The notes beneath the pieces were generated by a model, which had not been told where the DNA came from, made no database searches, and worked only from the letters and a program-made list of their open reading frames with translations. From the NCBI GenBank assembly GCA_965238005.1, contig OZ250165.1, forward strand, positions 4,288,001-4,352,000: a stretch of DNA of 64,000 bases, in the 5' to 3' direction. The position numbers were made by a program, and so were the translations under genes. This DNA is from Longimicrobiales bacterium. Lineage in GTDB: Bacteria > Gemmatimonadota > Gemmatimonadetes > Longimicrobiales > Gaopeijiaceae. Positions 10,444-20,125 of the stretch are shown here, one piece after another. The first letter of the stretch is position 1; the number at the start of each line of letters is the position of its first letter.

Positions 10444-12464
10444 TGCGTCACGGCCCGCGGCCGCTCCCACTTCTTGAACCACTTCCTCAGGTATAGCTGC
10501 GTCCGGAGGAAGTTCGAGGGGGTCGAGCTCGTGCCGTGCCACTCGTTCTTGTACCGCACCATGAGCGCGGGGACGTCCAAGACCCTGAGCGCCTGATAGA
10601 ACTCCTCGGTCTGCGGCATGGGCGTCCGGAGATCGCCCTCGCCCGTCATGAGCATGGTGGGGGTCGTGACGTTGCCCACGTACATGAGCGGGGAACGCCG
10701 CAGGTGCTCCGAGGGGTCGTCCCAGGGGTACTCCTCGAAGTTGCGGTACCAGCTCGCCCCGTCGGTGGTCCCCACGAACGACAGCCAGTTGGTCACCGGG
10801 CAGTTCGCCGAAGCGGCGGCGAAGCGATCCGTATGGCCCACGACCCACGAGGTCAGGACTCCACCGCCGGAGCATCCGTAGACGAACATGTTGTCCTCGT
10901 CTATGTACCCCTCGGCGATGACCTCGTCCACGCCGGCCATGAGGTCGTCGAAGTCCTGTCCGGGATAGGCGTTCTTGATGGCGTTGCCGAACTCGCTCCC
11001 GTATCCGGAGCTCCCCCGCGGGTTCGTGTACAGCACCACGTAACCGTTCGCGGCGTGGTTTTGCCAAGCAAAGTTGAAGCCCACGTTGTACATGCCGTGG
11101 GGCCCCCCGTGGATCGAGAGGATCAGAGGATATTTCTGTGAGGGGTCGAAGTTCGGCGGCTTTATGATCCATCCCTGGATGTCGTAGTCGCCCACCGACT
11201 TGTACCAGATCTCTTCCACGTCGCCCAGCGTGACGCCCACGAGGACGTCGCTGTTCACATGTGTGAGGAGACGCCTCACGCCCGGGTTTCTCAGGTCGAA
11301 GCTCACGATGTCCGGGGGCTCGTGATAACTGCTCACGGTGCCCACGGCCGTCCCGCCCTTGTCGATGGACGACACGGAGAGCATGTGGCTCCCGTCGGTG
11401 ATCGCGCGGGGCTCACCGTCGAGGGGCACGAACCAGAGGTTCCGCGTCCCACGCATGCTCGCGTTGAAGTAGACGCCACTGCCGTCGGCGGCCCAGGTGA
11501 CGCTACCCAGCCTGCGGCCCAGCTCTCCGGCCAGGCGGCGCGGGCTAGAGCCGTCGGCATTCATGACGTAGAGCCCGGTCTCACGGTATGTGTCTTCGTG
11601 GAAGTCCACGCCCTGGTAGGCGATGAGGCGACCGTCCGGCGAAGGCACCGGGCTCTGGTCCGGGCCGTGTCGCGTGGTGAGCGGGCTGATCACGCCGCTG
11701 GCGACGTCCACCTCGTAGATCTCGGACTCACGCCAAACGTACTCAGCCTTCTCCACCCTCAGCGAGCTGAACAACAGGCTCGCGCCGTCGGACATCCACT
11801 CGGGTGCGCTGTGATTCCAGTCACCGTCCGAGAGCTGCCGCGGCGTGCCCCCTTCGGCGGGGACGACGAAGACGTGCGTATAGCCGTCGTCGATGTATCC
11901 TCGGCGGTCACGCCGGTACTGGAGGCGCTCCACCACCTTGGGACCTTCCGTCCACTCCGCGCTTTCGGGCGGGTCCAGCAGATCGTCCGTCCATTCGCTG
12001 TCGGGGGACTCGACCGTCATGGTGAAGGCGATCTGGGTTCCGTCCGGGGACCACCTCAGGTTGCCCGGTGAGCGGTCGACGCGGGTGATCTGGGTGGTGG
12101 CCGCCTCGGCGTCCATCCAACGGACGAAGATCTGCGCGTCCCCGGCGTCGCTTTCGTCCGTGAAGGCGATGCGGGAGCCGTCGGGTGACCACGTAGGCGC
12201 CGAGCCATCTACCAGGAAGCGGTTCCTCGTGCCGTCGGCGTTCATGATCCAAACGGACGAGCGGCGCCGATCCTTCATCTTGTCCACCCACGCCCGGGTG
12301 TAGACGATCTGGCTGCCGTCGGGGGAGATCTGCGGGCCGCTCACCCACTCCCAATCGAGGTACGTCTCCAGGCTCAGCGTCCCCTCGGGTGCCTGGGCAC
12401 CTGAGGCGGCGGGCAGAAGGAGAGAGACGGCGAGCAGGGCGAACGTGCGGCCTCTGGTGAGCAT
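10440..12464 (-). CDS. Secreted S9 prolyl oligopeptidase/acylaminoacyl peptidase with PD40 propeller
   Basis: Signal peptide, SPDG repeats, IHGGPH, NPRGS, GCSGGG nucleophile, DLRT and EWHG triad. Confidence 0.93.
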   Translation of the reverse strand: MLTRGRTFALLAVSLLLPAASGAQAPEGTLSLETYLDWEWVSGPQISPDGSQIVYTRAWVDKMKDRRRSSVWIMNADGTRNRFLVDGSAPTWSPDGSRIAFTDESDAGDAQIFVRWMDAEAATTQITRVDRSPGNLRWSPDGTQIAFTMTVESPDSEWTDDLLDPPESAEWTEGPKVVERLQYRRDRRGYIDDGYTHVFVVPAEGGTPRQLSDGDWNHSAPEWMSDGASLLFSSLRVEKAEYVWRESEIYEVDVASGVISPLTTRHGPDQSPVPSPDGRLIAYQGVDFHEDTYRETGLYVMNADGSSPRRLAGELGRRLGSVTWAADGSGVYFNASMRGTRNLWFVPLDGEPRAITDGSHMLSVSSIDKGGTAVGTVSSYHEPPDIVSFDLRNPGVRRLLTHVNSDVLVGVTLGDVEEIWYKSVGDYDIQGWIIKPPNFDPSQKYPLILSIHGGPHGMYNVGFNFAWQNHAANGYVVLYTNPRGSSGYGSEFGNAIKNAYPGQDFDDLMAGVDEVIAEGYIDEDNMFVYGCSGGGVLTSWVVGHTDRFAAASANCPVTNWLSFVGTTDGASWYRNFEEYPWDDPSEHLRRSPLMYVGNVTTPTMLMTGEGDLRTPMPQTEEFYQALRVLDVPALMVRYKNEWHGTSSTPSNFLRTQLYLRKWFKKWERPRAVTQ

Positions 12465-12558
12465 GAAGGCCTCCTGGTTGTTGGTGCGGACCACACTGCG
12501 GGCGGCAAGAGGGCTTGCCGCAGGCCCGGGAAGGCAAGATAGGGGTCGGCCGCTTCTG

Positions 12559-13053
12559 CTACCAGTTCTCCGGGGACAGTGCCGGAGCGTTGCGGGGTGG
12601 GGTCCAAAAGAACGGCAGCAAGGTCACCAGGCTTCCGTTGGCGATCCCCTCACCGGGGCTCAGCCAGGCCAGGAAGGCGACATGCAGGCACATGACCACG
12701 ACCAGAAGGATCACCTCTGACGGGCTCGGGAAGAACGCGAAATCGAAGAAGCCGGTGGCGGTGGGTACCATGGGCTCCGAGCAGCTCGGACAGGTGTCGG
12801 GCATGGGCAGCAGCGCATCACGCAACCAGAGCCCGACACTGAGGAGGATGAGAGTCAGGGCGAGCTCTCCGATGAAACCCACAGGCCAGTGCCACCATCG
12901 GGCCTCGAGGATCACTCCGTGGGCTCCCGAGATGAAGACGAGGCCGCCAGCGGCCAGCCATATGAAGAACAGGAGGGACGTCGGGGTCACGCGGGACCAG
13001 AGGTCTCCGCAGCTGACGCACGCCCGTTCCACGTAGGAGCCGGAGAAGATCAT
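12559..13053 (-). CDS. Hypothetical membrane protein with two CxxC pairs
   Basis: High GC3 codon pattern. CVSC, two TM helices, CPSC, third TM. Starts 6 bp after the upstream gene's stop. Confidence 0.55.
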   Translation of the reverse strand: MIFSGSYVERACVSCGDLWSRVTPTSLLFFIWLAAGGLVFISGAHGVILEARWWHWPVGFIGELALTLILLSVGLWLRDALLPMPDTCPSCSEPMVPTATGFFDFAFFPSPSEVILLVVVMCLHVAFLAWLSPGEGIANGSLVTLLPFFWTPPRNAPALSPENW

Positions 13054-13059
13054 ACGGGG

Positions 13060-13726
13060 CTACTCCCAGTCCGCCACGAGGCGTTTCTCGGCCACTTCGA
13101 GGGCGTCGGCCATGCTCATGTCGAGGGCCCGGAGCCGGTGATCCTCGGCGAGGCACTCGAACATCTCGTCATGGAACGCCAGCAGGTAGTGGCGAGTGTC
13201 CTTCCACCGTGCGGGGTCGAAGCCCCTGTGCACGCTCTGGATGCGTATCTCCTGGGCGAGCCACATGGAGTTGGCGACGACGTAGGCGCCGTATCCCCCG
13301 AATCCCTTTCCCGTCAAAGGATGGCCGCCGAACACCTCGTCGTTGGGACCGCCGAACTTGAAGGCGTAGCACCTGACCAACTCCACGAGTGCGATCTGTC
13401 CCGGCGTGTCGACACCGACGACCTTCACGTACGTCCCATCCCATCCGGGATCCGGCTCAGCGATGTGGTAGAGCAGGAGCGTCATGCGCCCCGAGGAGAG
13501 GACGTGGGGCAGGGGTGCTCCGTTGTCCCAGGGCATCTTCCATTCGATCTCCAACGCGGCCTCCTCGCCGTTTGGCTTGCGCCAGATCCCGCTCGGCCCG
13601 CAGGAGCGCCGCGTGTGCGTCGAGGTAGTCCTTCCAATTGGATGGACCGGAGCCCTCCTGACTGCGCTGCAACGCTTCGTCGACGAGAAGCTTCGCCCTC
13701 GTCAATCGGCGCTCGTATCCGCTCAT
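13060..13726 (-). pseudogene. Conserved hypothetical protein split by a frameshift near 13571
   Basis: MSGYERRL..AERDLAQAK joins GEEAALEIEWKMPWDNGAPLPHV..FGGPNDEVFGGHPL..HYLLAFHDEMFECLA if one base is removed at GCCAAAC. Confidence 0.6.
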
Positions 13727-14207
13727 ATCTTGGTTACTGCTCCCATCCCGCCGTGCCCTGAAAAGGCGTGTCCGGCTCAAGGCGTGGACCCCTATGTGGT
13801 CAAACCCCGTGCCACGGCGCCTTGGAAGCGGTCTGGAAAGCGCGTGACGTGCCGCGGCGCTGGGCGTTGGTGGGACGCCACGGACGGGACGAGGGCGCGC
13901 CGACGACGAGGCCGGAAGTCGGTCTTGTCGGTGTTTTGCGCGACGTCTGGCACTTTACTGGATGGTGACGGTCTTGGCGGAGCTGCTGCTCGGAGCTCTT
14001 CCCCCGACGCTGAGTGGGTCACCTACACTCTGGTCCCCAGGGTCGAGGAGGGGGGCCGGAATCTCGAACTGGATGAGCGACTATGGGACGGCGGATGTGC
14101 CCCGGACCAAAGAGACCGGGTTTCTTCGGGACGCCGTGGACCGAGGAGGGTAGGGAACGGCTCCTGAAACAGTCCACGGGCCATCAGCCTCCGTGGGGGG
14201 TAGCGGC

Positions 14208-15047
14208 TCAAGCCATCCGGGATCGCACCGTGAGATAGGCGAGCCCCGAAGAGAGGTCGGGATGCGAGGCGTCCCCAAGGTTCGGTGAAAGGGACCCGAG
14301 TAGTTCGGCAAGCGCGGTCGTGGCGTAGGAGAACCCTGTCCGGTGAGGGGATCCTGGTGGCACGACCAGCCGGACGCCGCGAAGCCTCATGTCCACCAGA
14401 CGTCGATCGAAGTGCGCATTGTGGAAGCGGGCTTCGCACTCCTTCACGACATTGAAAATGCCGAACGGTCCGGCCAGGTCCTGGGGCAACGCCGACACGT
14501 CGGTGACGCCGTTGACGATTGAGATCCTGCGCAGTCCCTCGTCCGAGGGCAGGTAAAGGTCGAGAAAGGCCGAGAAGTCAGACGCGCCCTCTTCGGCGCC
14601 GAGATTCGGAGTGCGGCGGCGTAGGCGTCCTCTGCTCGACAACTGAGCGGATATGGAGGTTCCGGTCCGCTGCGCTTGTCCTTCTGATGGGTGGGGGCGA
14701 CCGAATACTGCGATGGCTGGAGTGTCGTAGGCGACCATCCGTTCGGAGCCATTCCCGTCGATGCACAGACCGTCGTCCTCGAAGGCGACCGAGACCGCGG
14801 GACTCTGAGGGGGAATGTCGACGAGGTCGCTGCTCTCCACCACGACCGTCCTGAGCCCGGCCTCCGTGAGAGCGGCGGCGGTCTCCTCCAGGGCGGCCCG
14901 GTCCTCCTGAGCGAACCATATCTCGGGCACCTTGTAGGCGGCCTTCATCCGCACCTCGGCCGCAGTGAGGTGGAAGTGCGGCGCTGCTGAGATCGGATCC
15001 ACTTCGTTGTGGGGAGGATCTGATACGAGGAGTGACCGAGGATCCAT
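14208..15047 (-). CDS. Hypothetical protein
   Basis: 279-aa ORF with protein-like composition and no recognised motif. Confidence 0.6.
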   Translation of the reverse strand: MDPRSLLVSDPPHNEVDPISAAPHFHLTAAEVRMKAAYKVPEIWFAQEDRAALEETAAALTEAGLRTVVVESSDLVDIPPQSPAVSVAFEDDGLCIDGNGSERMVAYDTPAIAVFGRPHPSEGQAQRTGTSISAQLSSRGRLRRRTPNLGAEEGASDFSAFLDLYLPSDEGLRRISIVNGVTDVSALPQDLAGPFGIFNVVKECEARFHNAHFDRRLVDMRLRGVRLVVPPGSPHRTGFSYATTALAELLGSLSPNLGDASHPDLSSGLAYLTVRSRMA

Positions 15048-15141
15048 GTTTTCAAGCTATGTCGCCGGTCGCACACCCGCCACGAAAAAGAGGGCAGCGC
15101 TGGGAAGGTCCGAATTGGTTCCTCGCGTCTTCGCGCGCGGG

Positions 15142-17022
15142 CTATCGATGGTTGACGCTACGCACAGCACCTATTCGGCGAACTTCGCCTACTAAGCCAT
15201 TCTTTGATTCGGTCTTGCCGCCTAAAACGTGTCTTTCGCCGCCTTTCGTCTCGGACAGCCATTTGCTCGCCGATTTCGAGGTCCTAGAGCGGAATCCCTT
15301 GGACGATATCCGCACCACGGACTCGATCACCTCCGTCTTTCGATGAGGACGGTGACGGCGGAGCTGAGTTCCCGGGAGAGCAGCCTGGGCCGCCCCCGCC
15401 CGCCTCAGGCGTTCCTCTACGTCGCTCAACGCTTCCGGATCGTGTCCGCCGGCGCGCAGGACGCGCTCGTACGAGCGCATCCACTCGACGCTGCGGTACT
15501 GCCTCTCCTCGAGCAGCTCCTTCAGGAGCGCGCCCGCCCGCTCCAGCTCGGCGCGCTCGCCGTAGAGCGTGGCCAGCCAGTACCGCGGATAGTCCGACCA
15601 CCCCGTTCGCGAGCGCCCGGGCTCCCTCGGGATCAGATACTCGAGCTGCTCGATGCGCTCGTCGAGACTCAGGTCGATCGTAGGAGTGAGGATGTCGCCC
15701 TGGCGCCCGACGTACGCGTAAAACACGTCGAGCGCGCTCGCGATGGAGGCGGCGTGAATGTGCCGTGACCACACATCATCGGCGGTAGCCCGCTCTGCCG
15801 CCCGGCGGTATTCGCGTACCGCGTCGGCGCAGGCCCGGGGGGCGTCCGGGCCGTCGTCGTCGCGCCCGGCGTACGGGCACGAATGGATCTCGGACAGCGA
15901 CCGGGCCAGGTAGAAGGCCTACCGCGCCTCGTTCGGATCGACGGTCGCGGCGCTCCGGATCAGGTCGATGCCCTCAGGATCGTGACGCACGACGGCTTTG
16001 ATCAGACCCAGCTCCGCGAGCACCTGCGGGGTGTCGGGCGACGCGGCGAGTGCCGCCTCGAGCAGCGGGATCGCCTCGGCGACGCGCGGTCCGCTGGTCT
16101 TGAGCAAGAGCGCTTCCTCGAGCAGCAGGCCCGGGTCGCCCTGGAGCCCAGCGTCCAGGATCAGCAGCCGGTGGACGAGCGCGTACGCGCCCTCGATGGC
16201 CGAATCAGGAATGGCGGCGAAACCCTCGTAGTCTCCCCGCAGACCCACGTCGGGAAATCCGCCGTGACCGAACGCCTGAAGGAGCAGCTTCTGCGTCGTC
16301 GCCGAGACGAGCCGCCGAAGGGCCCCCGTGTGCTCGGTATCCGCATCGAGCGCCCTCCGGTATTCGGCGATGGCCGGATCGTAGGCCTCGTCGGCGGCGA
16401 AGCGGTCGCCCCCGTCGATGTGGGCCGCCACCCGGGCGCGAACCTCGCGGCCGGTCCGTATCGAGGCCGCTCCGAAGTACAGCCCGAGCGCCACCGCGGC
16501 GACGGCGATCGCCGCGAACCCCAGGCGCCGCAGGGTCGAGCGCCTGGCCGGTCGCACTGGCTCGGCGCCCGCCGACTCGAGTGCCTCGATCAGCCGGTCG
16601 ACGTCGGCGTGAAACCGCCCGTCGGAGATCTCGATGGCCTGGTGGCGGAACAGCGGCGCGAGCTCGGCCGGCACATCGCCGGGCTCGGGAATGCCCGCGC
16701 CGCCCACCAGCACGGGCAGCAGGGTGACGCCCCGGTCCAGCGCCGTTACGACCTCGAGTCGTACGAAGTCGTTCGGCTGCTCCAGCTTCCGTCGGCCCTG
16801 CCCGTCCTTGAAGTCGGCCCAATCGGGGCCGACGAGCACGACGAGTGCGCCGCAGTTCTCCAGTGCCTTCCGCAGGGCCCGGGCGAAGTCCTGCCCCGGG
16901 TCGATGTCGTCCACGTCCATGAAGACGCGGTCCGGCCCGAAGTGGTGACTCAGGCGATCGTACACCCGCCCCGCGTCCGCGCGGCTATCGCCGCGGCGGT
17001 AGCTGATGAAGATGTCGAACAT
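15142..17022 (-). pseudogene. TIR_2 - TM - TPR-like protein interrupted by one in-frame TAG at 15921-15919
   Basis: DIFISYRRGDS..VFMDVDDIDPGQDF..DFVRLEV (TIR), a TM helix and helical repeats. The frame continues EAR*AFYLARSL into ORF 15142..15774. The true 3' end is uncertain. Confidence 0.8.
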
Positions 17023-17169
17023 GGTCCGCAAAAATGCCGGTCCCGGTGGGGATAGGCAAAGGGAACATCACGGCGGAAAAGTCCATGCCGCCTGCTACCG
17101 GTGCTGGTGTGCTACTGCCCCTATTCGAACGCCTGTAGGGGACAGCCTGAGGAAAGCGGAAACATATTC

Positions 17170-18450
17170 CTATTGAGAGGTCGACCGTAGTCGGTCGGAT
17201 TCCACGAATGAACCGTCGAGGGCACCGAGGGAGGGAACCCCGTGCAGCTGCATCGCGATCCGTAACTCTGTCTGCAGAATCTCGAGCACCTTCTCGACGC
17301 CTTCCTGGCCAAACGCCGCCATGCCCCAGATGTATGGACGGCCGATACAGATGGCGTCAGCTCCGAGTGCCATGGCTTTCAGGATATCGGTACCGCGTCG
17401 AAACCCCCCATCGATAAGGATGGGTATGCGGCCGCGCACGGCGTTCACGACTTCGGGAAGGCTTTCGATCGTGCTCCGGCCGCTGGCGTCGGCCCGCCCA
17501 CCGTGATTGGAGACGATGATGCCGTCGGCCCCGTACTGCACGCACCGCTCGGCGTCATCGTCCCGCATGATGCCTTTGACGAGCACATTGAGGTCCGTGG
17601 TGTCCTTGAGACGGCGCACGAAATGCCAGGTCATGGTTGGAGTATCGAAATTTACGCGCTGCATGTCGAGCCCGTCGAACATCGGTTTCCGGGCGAGCCA
17701 TCCGGTAGGGAAGCTCATCGGGTCGTCGTCGGCCGGCGCGTCGTCATGGCATGCGCTGCAGTCGCGCGTATCGATCCGGGCGTACCGGGTCGCAGTTTCC
17801 CGGTTGCTCCCTACCGGCAAGTCGACCGTCAACACGATCGCTTCGCACCCCGCACCCTCGGCCCGGCGGATCAACGCCTCCGTCACCTCCCAGCTCGACG
17901 TCGCGTACAGCTGGTACCAGGCCGGCCGTTCGCGGGCGGCGTTGACGTCCTCGACGGACGTGGTCGTGACGGTGGACAGGATCTGGTGGTGGCCCCGGGC
18001 GCTCGATGCGCGCGCGGCCGCCAGTTCGCCTTCGAGGTGAAACGCCTTCTGGCTGCCGACCGGTGACAACACAATCGGCGTATCCCATCGCTGACCGAGC
18101 AACTCGATGCTCATGTCGATCCGGGAGACGTCGACCAGGCGCCGGGGCCGGAGATTGAAACGTTCGAATCCGTCGCGGTTGGCCCGGAGCGTTTCGTCGC
18201 CATCGACGCCGGTGGCGAGATATCCGTAGTGAGCCGGGGGGAGGGCGGCCTGCGCCGCCGCCTGGAAGTCCAGCACGTTGATCGCGTCACCGGCCGACGC
18301 GAGTCGAGATGTCAGGTCAGGAAGGAGTTCGGATCCGGACGTCTCGTCACGTGATGGTTCGCAGCCAGGCAAACCGAGCAGGGGTAACAGGGGGCTGCCC
18401 GCGAGGAAACGCAGGAACGATCGTCGGTTTGGGTTGACGGAATCCGACAT
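17170..18450 (-). CDS. FMN-dependent alpha-hydroxy acid oxidase/dehydrogenase with Tat lipoprotein signal and CxxCH motif
   Basis: NRRSFL..LPGC, LRPRRLVDVS, WYQLY, LTVD, VKGI, VSNHGGR, DGGFRRGTD, IGRP and RDCSACHD. GGAGGA RBS. Confidence 0.92.
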   Translation of the reverse strand: MSDSVNPNRRSFLRFLAGSPLLPLLGLPGCEPSRDETSGSELLPDLTSRLASAGDAINVLDFQAAAQAALPPAHYGYLATGVDGDETLRANRDGFERFNLRPRRLVDVSRIDMSIELLGQRWDTPIVLSPVGSQKAFHLEGELAAARASSARGHHQILSTVTTTSVEDVNAARERPAWYQLYATSSWEVTEALIRRAEGAGCEAIVLTVDLPVGSNRETATRYARIDTRDCSACHDDAPADDDPMSFPTGWLARKPMFDGLDMQRVNFDTPTMTWHFVRRLKDTTDLNVLVKGIMRDDDAERCVQYGADGIIVSNHGGRADASGRSTIESLPEVVNAVRGRIPILIDGGFRRGTDILKAMALGADAICIGRPYIWGMAAFGQEGVEKVLEILQTELRIAMQLHGVPSLGALDGSFVESDRLRSTSQ

Positions 18451-18790
18451 GTGGTCCTCCGGAATCGGTGGCGCGGTATCATATCGTTTGGTCCACTGAT
18501 ACACTAGCACCAGCCGGGCGCCGGACGTCACTCATGACCGCACAACCAAGACCATGAGCCCCCAGGGGACCCGCGGTTCGTCTAGGTAGCGGAGGAGGGA
18601 CTCGACGCCGAAGCGAGCGAGCGCGCCCCCGGCGCGCGACCCGAAGCGAGCGCCAGCACCAGCGACCGCTCTTGTGTCGCACCCGGTGTGAACCCGGAGG
18701 TTTAGTTGAAGTCGTGATTCAATGTGTGCGGGCCACATCCGCGAACGAACTTGTTCTTATAGTGTGCCACGGATGATCATCGACTTCACC

Positions 18791-18825
18791 GCTATGGGTG
18801 ATGATGAGGTTGGGCGATGGCTGGA
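18791..18825 (+). repeat. 35-bp dispersed repeat, copy 1 (copy 2 inverted at 38992..39026)
   Basis: GCTATGGGTGATG[A/C]TGAGGTTGGGCGATGGCTGGA, 34/35 identical. Confidence 0.85.
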
Positions 18826-18910
18826 CTGATGCGAAGCCGCTAGTTGCCCACCCGTTCCGCCATCCGCCAGGCCCGCCTCCGAGCCCCGGTCGGCTCGCCC
18901 CTTCGCCCCC

Positions 18911-20125
18911 TTACGCTGCCTCGGAGCCGTGTTCGCCGGCGGCGATCACGCCCGCATCGGCAAGCACAGGGCCGAACACGTCCACCGCACTTCGCATGTC
19001 GTCGATCGTGCTGATTGAGATGCGGGCCCACTCGTCTTGGTAGGGCGGAAAGTTGCGCCCCACCCGGATGTTCCGATCGGCGCAGGCAGTCCTGAAAGCG
19101 TCCGCCGGCATGCCTGTCCTCGCAAAAATGAAGTTCGTCTGCGAGCCCGTGGCATCGAGATTTCGGGCCTTGAACCAGTCGATGGTGAACTGGCGGGCCT
19201 CTGTGTTCCGCTCGCTCTCGGCGTAGATACGATCCGGGTCCTGGATCGAGGCCGTCGCGCCGAGCAGCGACGGGATGTTGAGGCTCAGCCCGTAGTGCCA
19301 GGTGCGCATCTTGCGGATGGCGTCCGGATGCGCCACGACCCAGCCGATGCGCATGCCCGCCATGCCGTGCGCCTTGGAGAAGGTACGGGCAACGATGACC
19401 CGGGCTTCCTTGACCGCGCGCGGAATCTGCGTCTCGTGCTGCGGGTTGGTCACGTAGTCGTGGTAGGCCTCGTCGACCATGATCATCGCGTCGGTCTCAC
19501 TGAGCACACGCTCGATGAGCGTCCCCACCGCGTCGGCGTCATGCAGCGTGGCAGTGGGATTGTTGGGATTGTTCAGGAAGACCATCCCCGCGCCCCTGGC
19601 CGCGTCGGCCATGGCGTCGAGGTTGATCATCATGTTGTCGTCGAGCGGCAGCGCCTCCACCGGATGACCGATGAGCTGGGCGTAACCGGGCGCTTCCTCG
19701 TACGACGGGGCTGCCGTTACCAGGGGCCTCGTCGGCGAGGTGAAGACCTGCGTCGCCGTGCGAAGGAGCTGCGTCGATCCGTTCCCGATCATCACGTAAT
19801 CGGTCTGGACGTCGTTCATCTTGGCGATCGTCGTCGCCAGCTCCCTGTTGGCCTCGAAGGGGTATCGGCCGGCCCTGGGACCACTGGCGAGCGCGTCGTT
19901 CATCGCCCTCTGGACGCGGTCACCTGGACCGAGCGGGTTTTCGTTGTTGTGCAGGAGCATGGGGCGCTCCTGCAGGGGAAGCGCCAATGACGCGGCGCGC
20001 GCCCATGCGCGTGAGCCGTCGAACGACATGATGGCGGCGGCGGTGGTGCCGATCCCGACGCTCTTAACGAACGACCGGCGAGAGACGTTCATCGGGCCAT
20101 CCTGGACCTTCTCGTGGGCCTTCAT
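18911..20125 (-). CDS. Tat-signal HisC-like class I/II PLP aminotransferase
   Basis: SRRSFVK signal, NENPLG, NPNNPT, DEAY, RTFSKAHGMAGMRIG, TNF and RISI. Alternative start at 20092. Confidence 0.92.
   Translation of the reverse strand: MKAHEKVQDGPMNVSRRSFVKSVGIGTTAAAIMSFDGSRAWARAASLALPLQERPMLLHNNENPLGPGDRVQRAMNDALASGPRAGRYPFEANRELATTIAKMNDVQTDYVMIGNGSTQLLRTATQVFTSPTRPLVTAAPSYEEAPGYAQLIGHPVEALPLDDNMMINLDAMADAARGAGMVFLNNPNNPTATLHDADAVGTLIERVLSETDAMIMVDEAYHDYVTNPQHETQIPRAVKEARVIVARTFSKAHGMAGMRIGWVVAHPDAIRKMRTWHYGLSLNIPSLLGATASIQDPDRIYAESERNTEARQFTIDWFKARNLDATGSQTNFIFARTGMPADAFRTACADRNIRVGRNFPPYQDEWARISISTIDDMRSAVDVFGPVLADAGVIAAGEHGSEAA

Noticed and set aside
15142..17022. Thoeris or CBASS defence operon
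   Set aside because: No ThsA, CD-NTase or other effector gene is adjacent.
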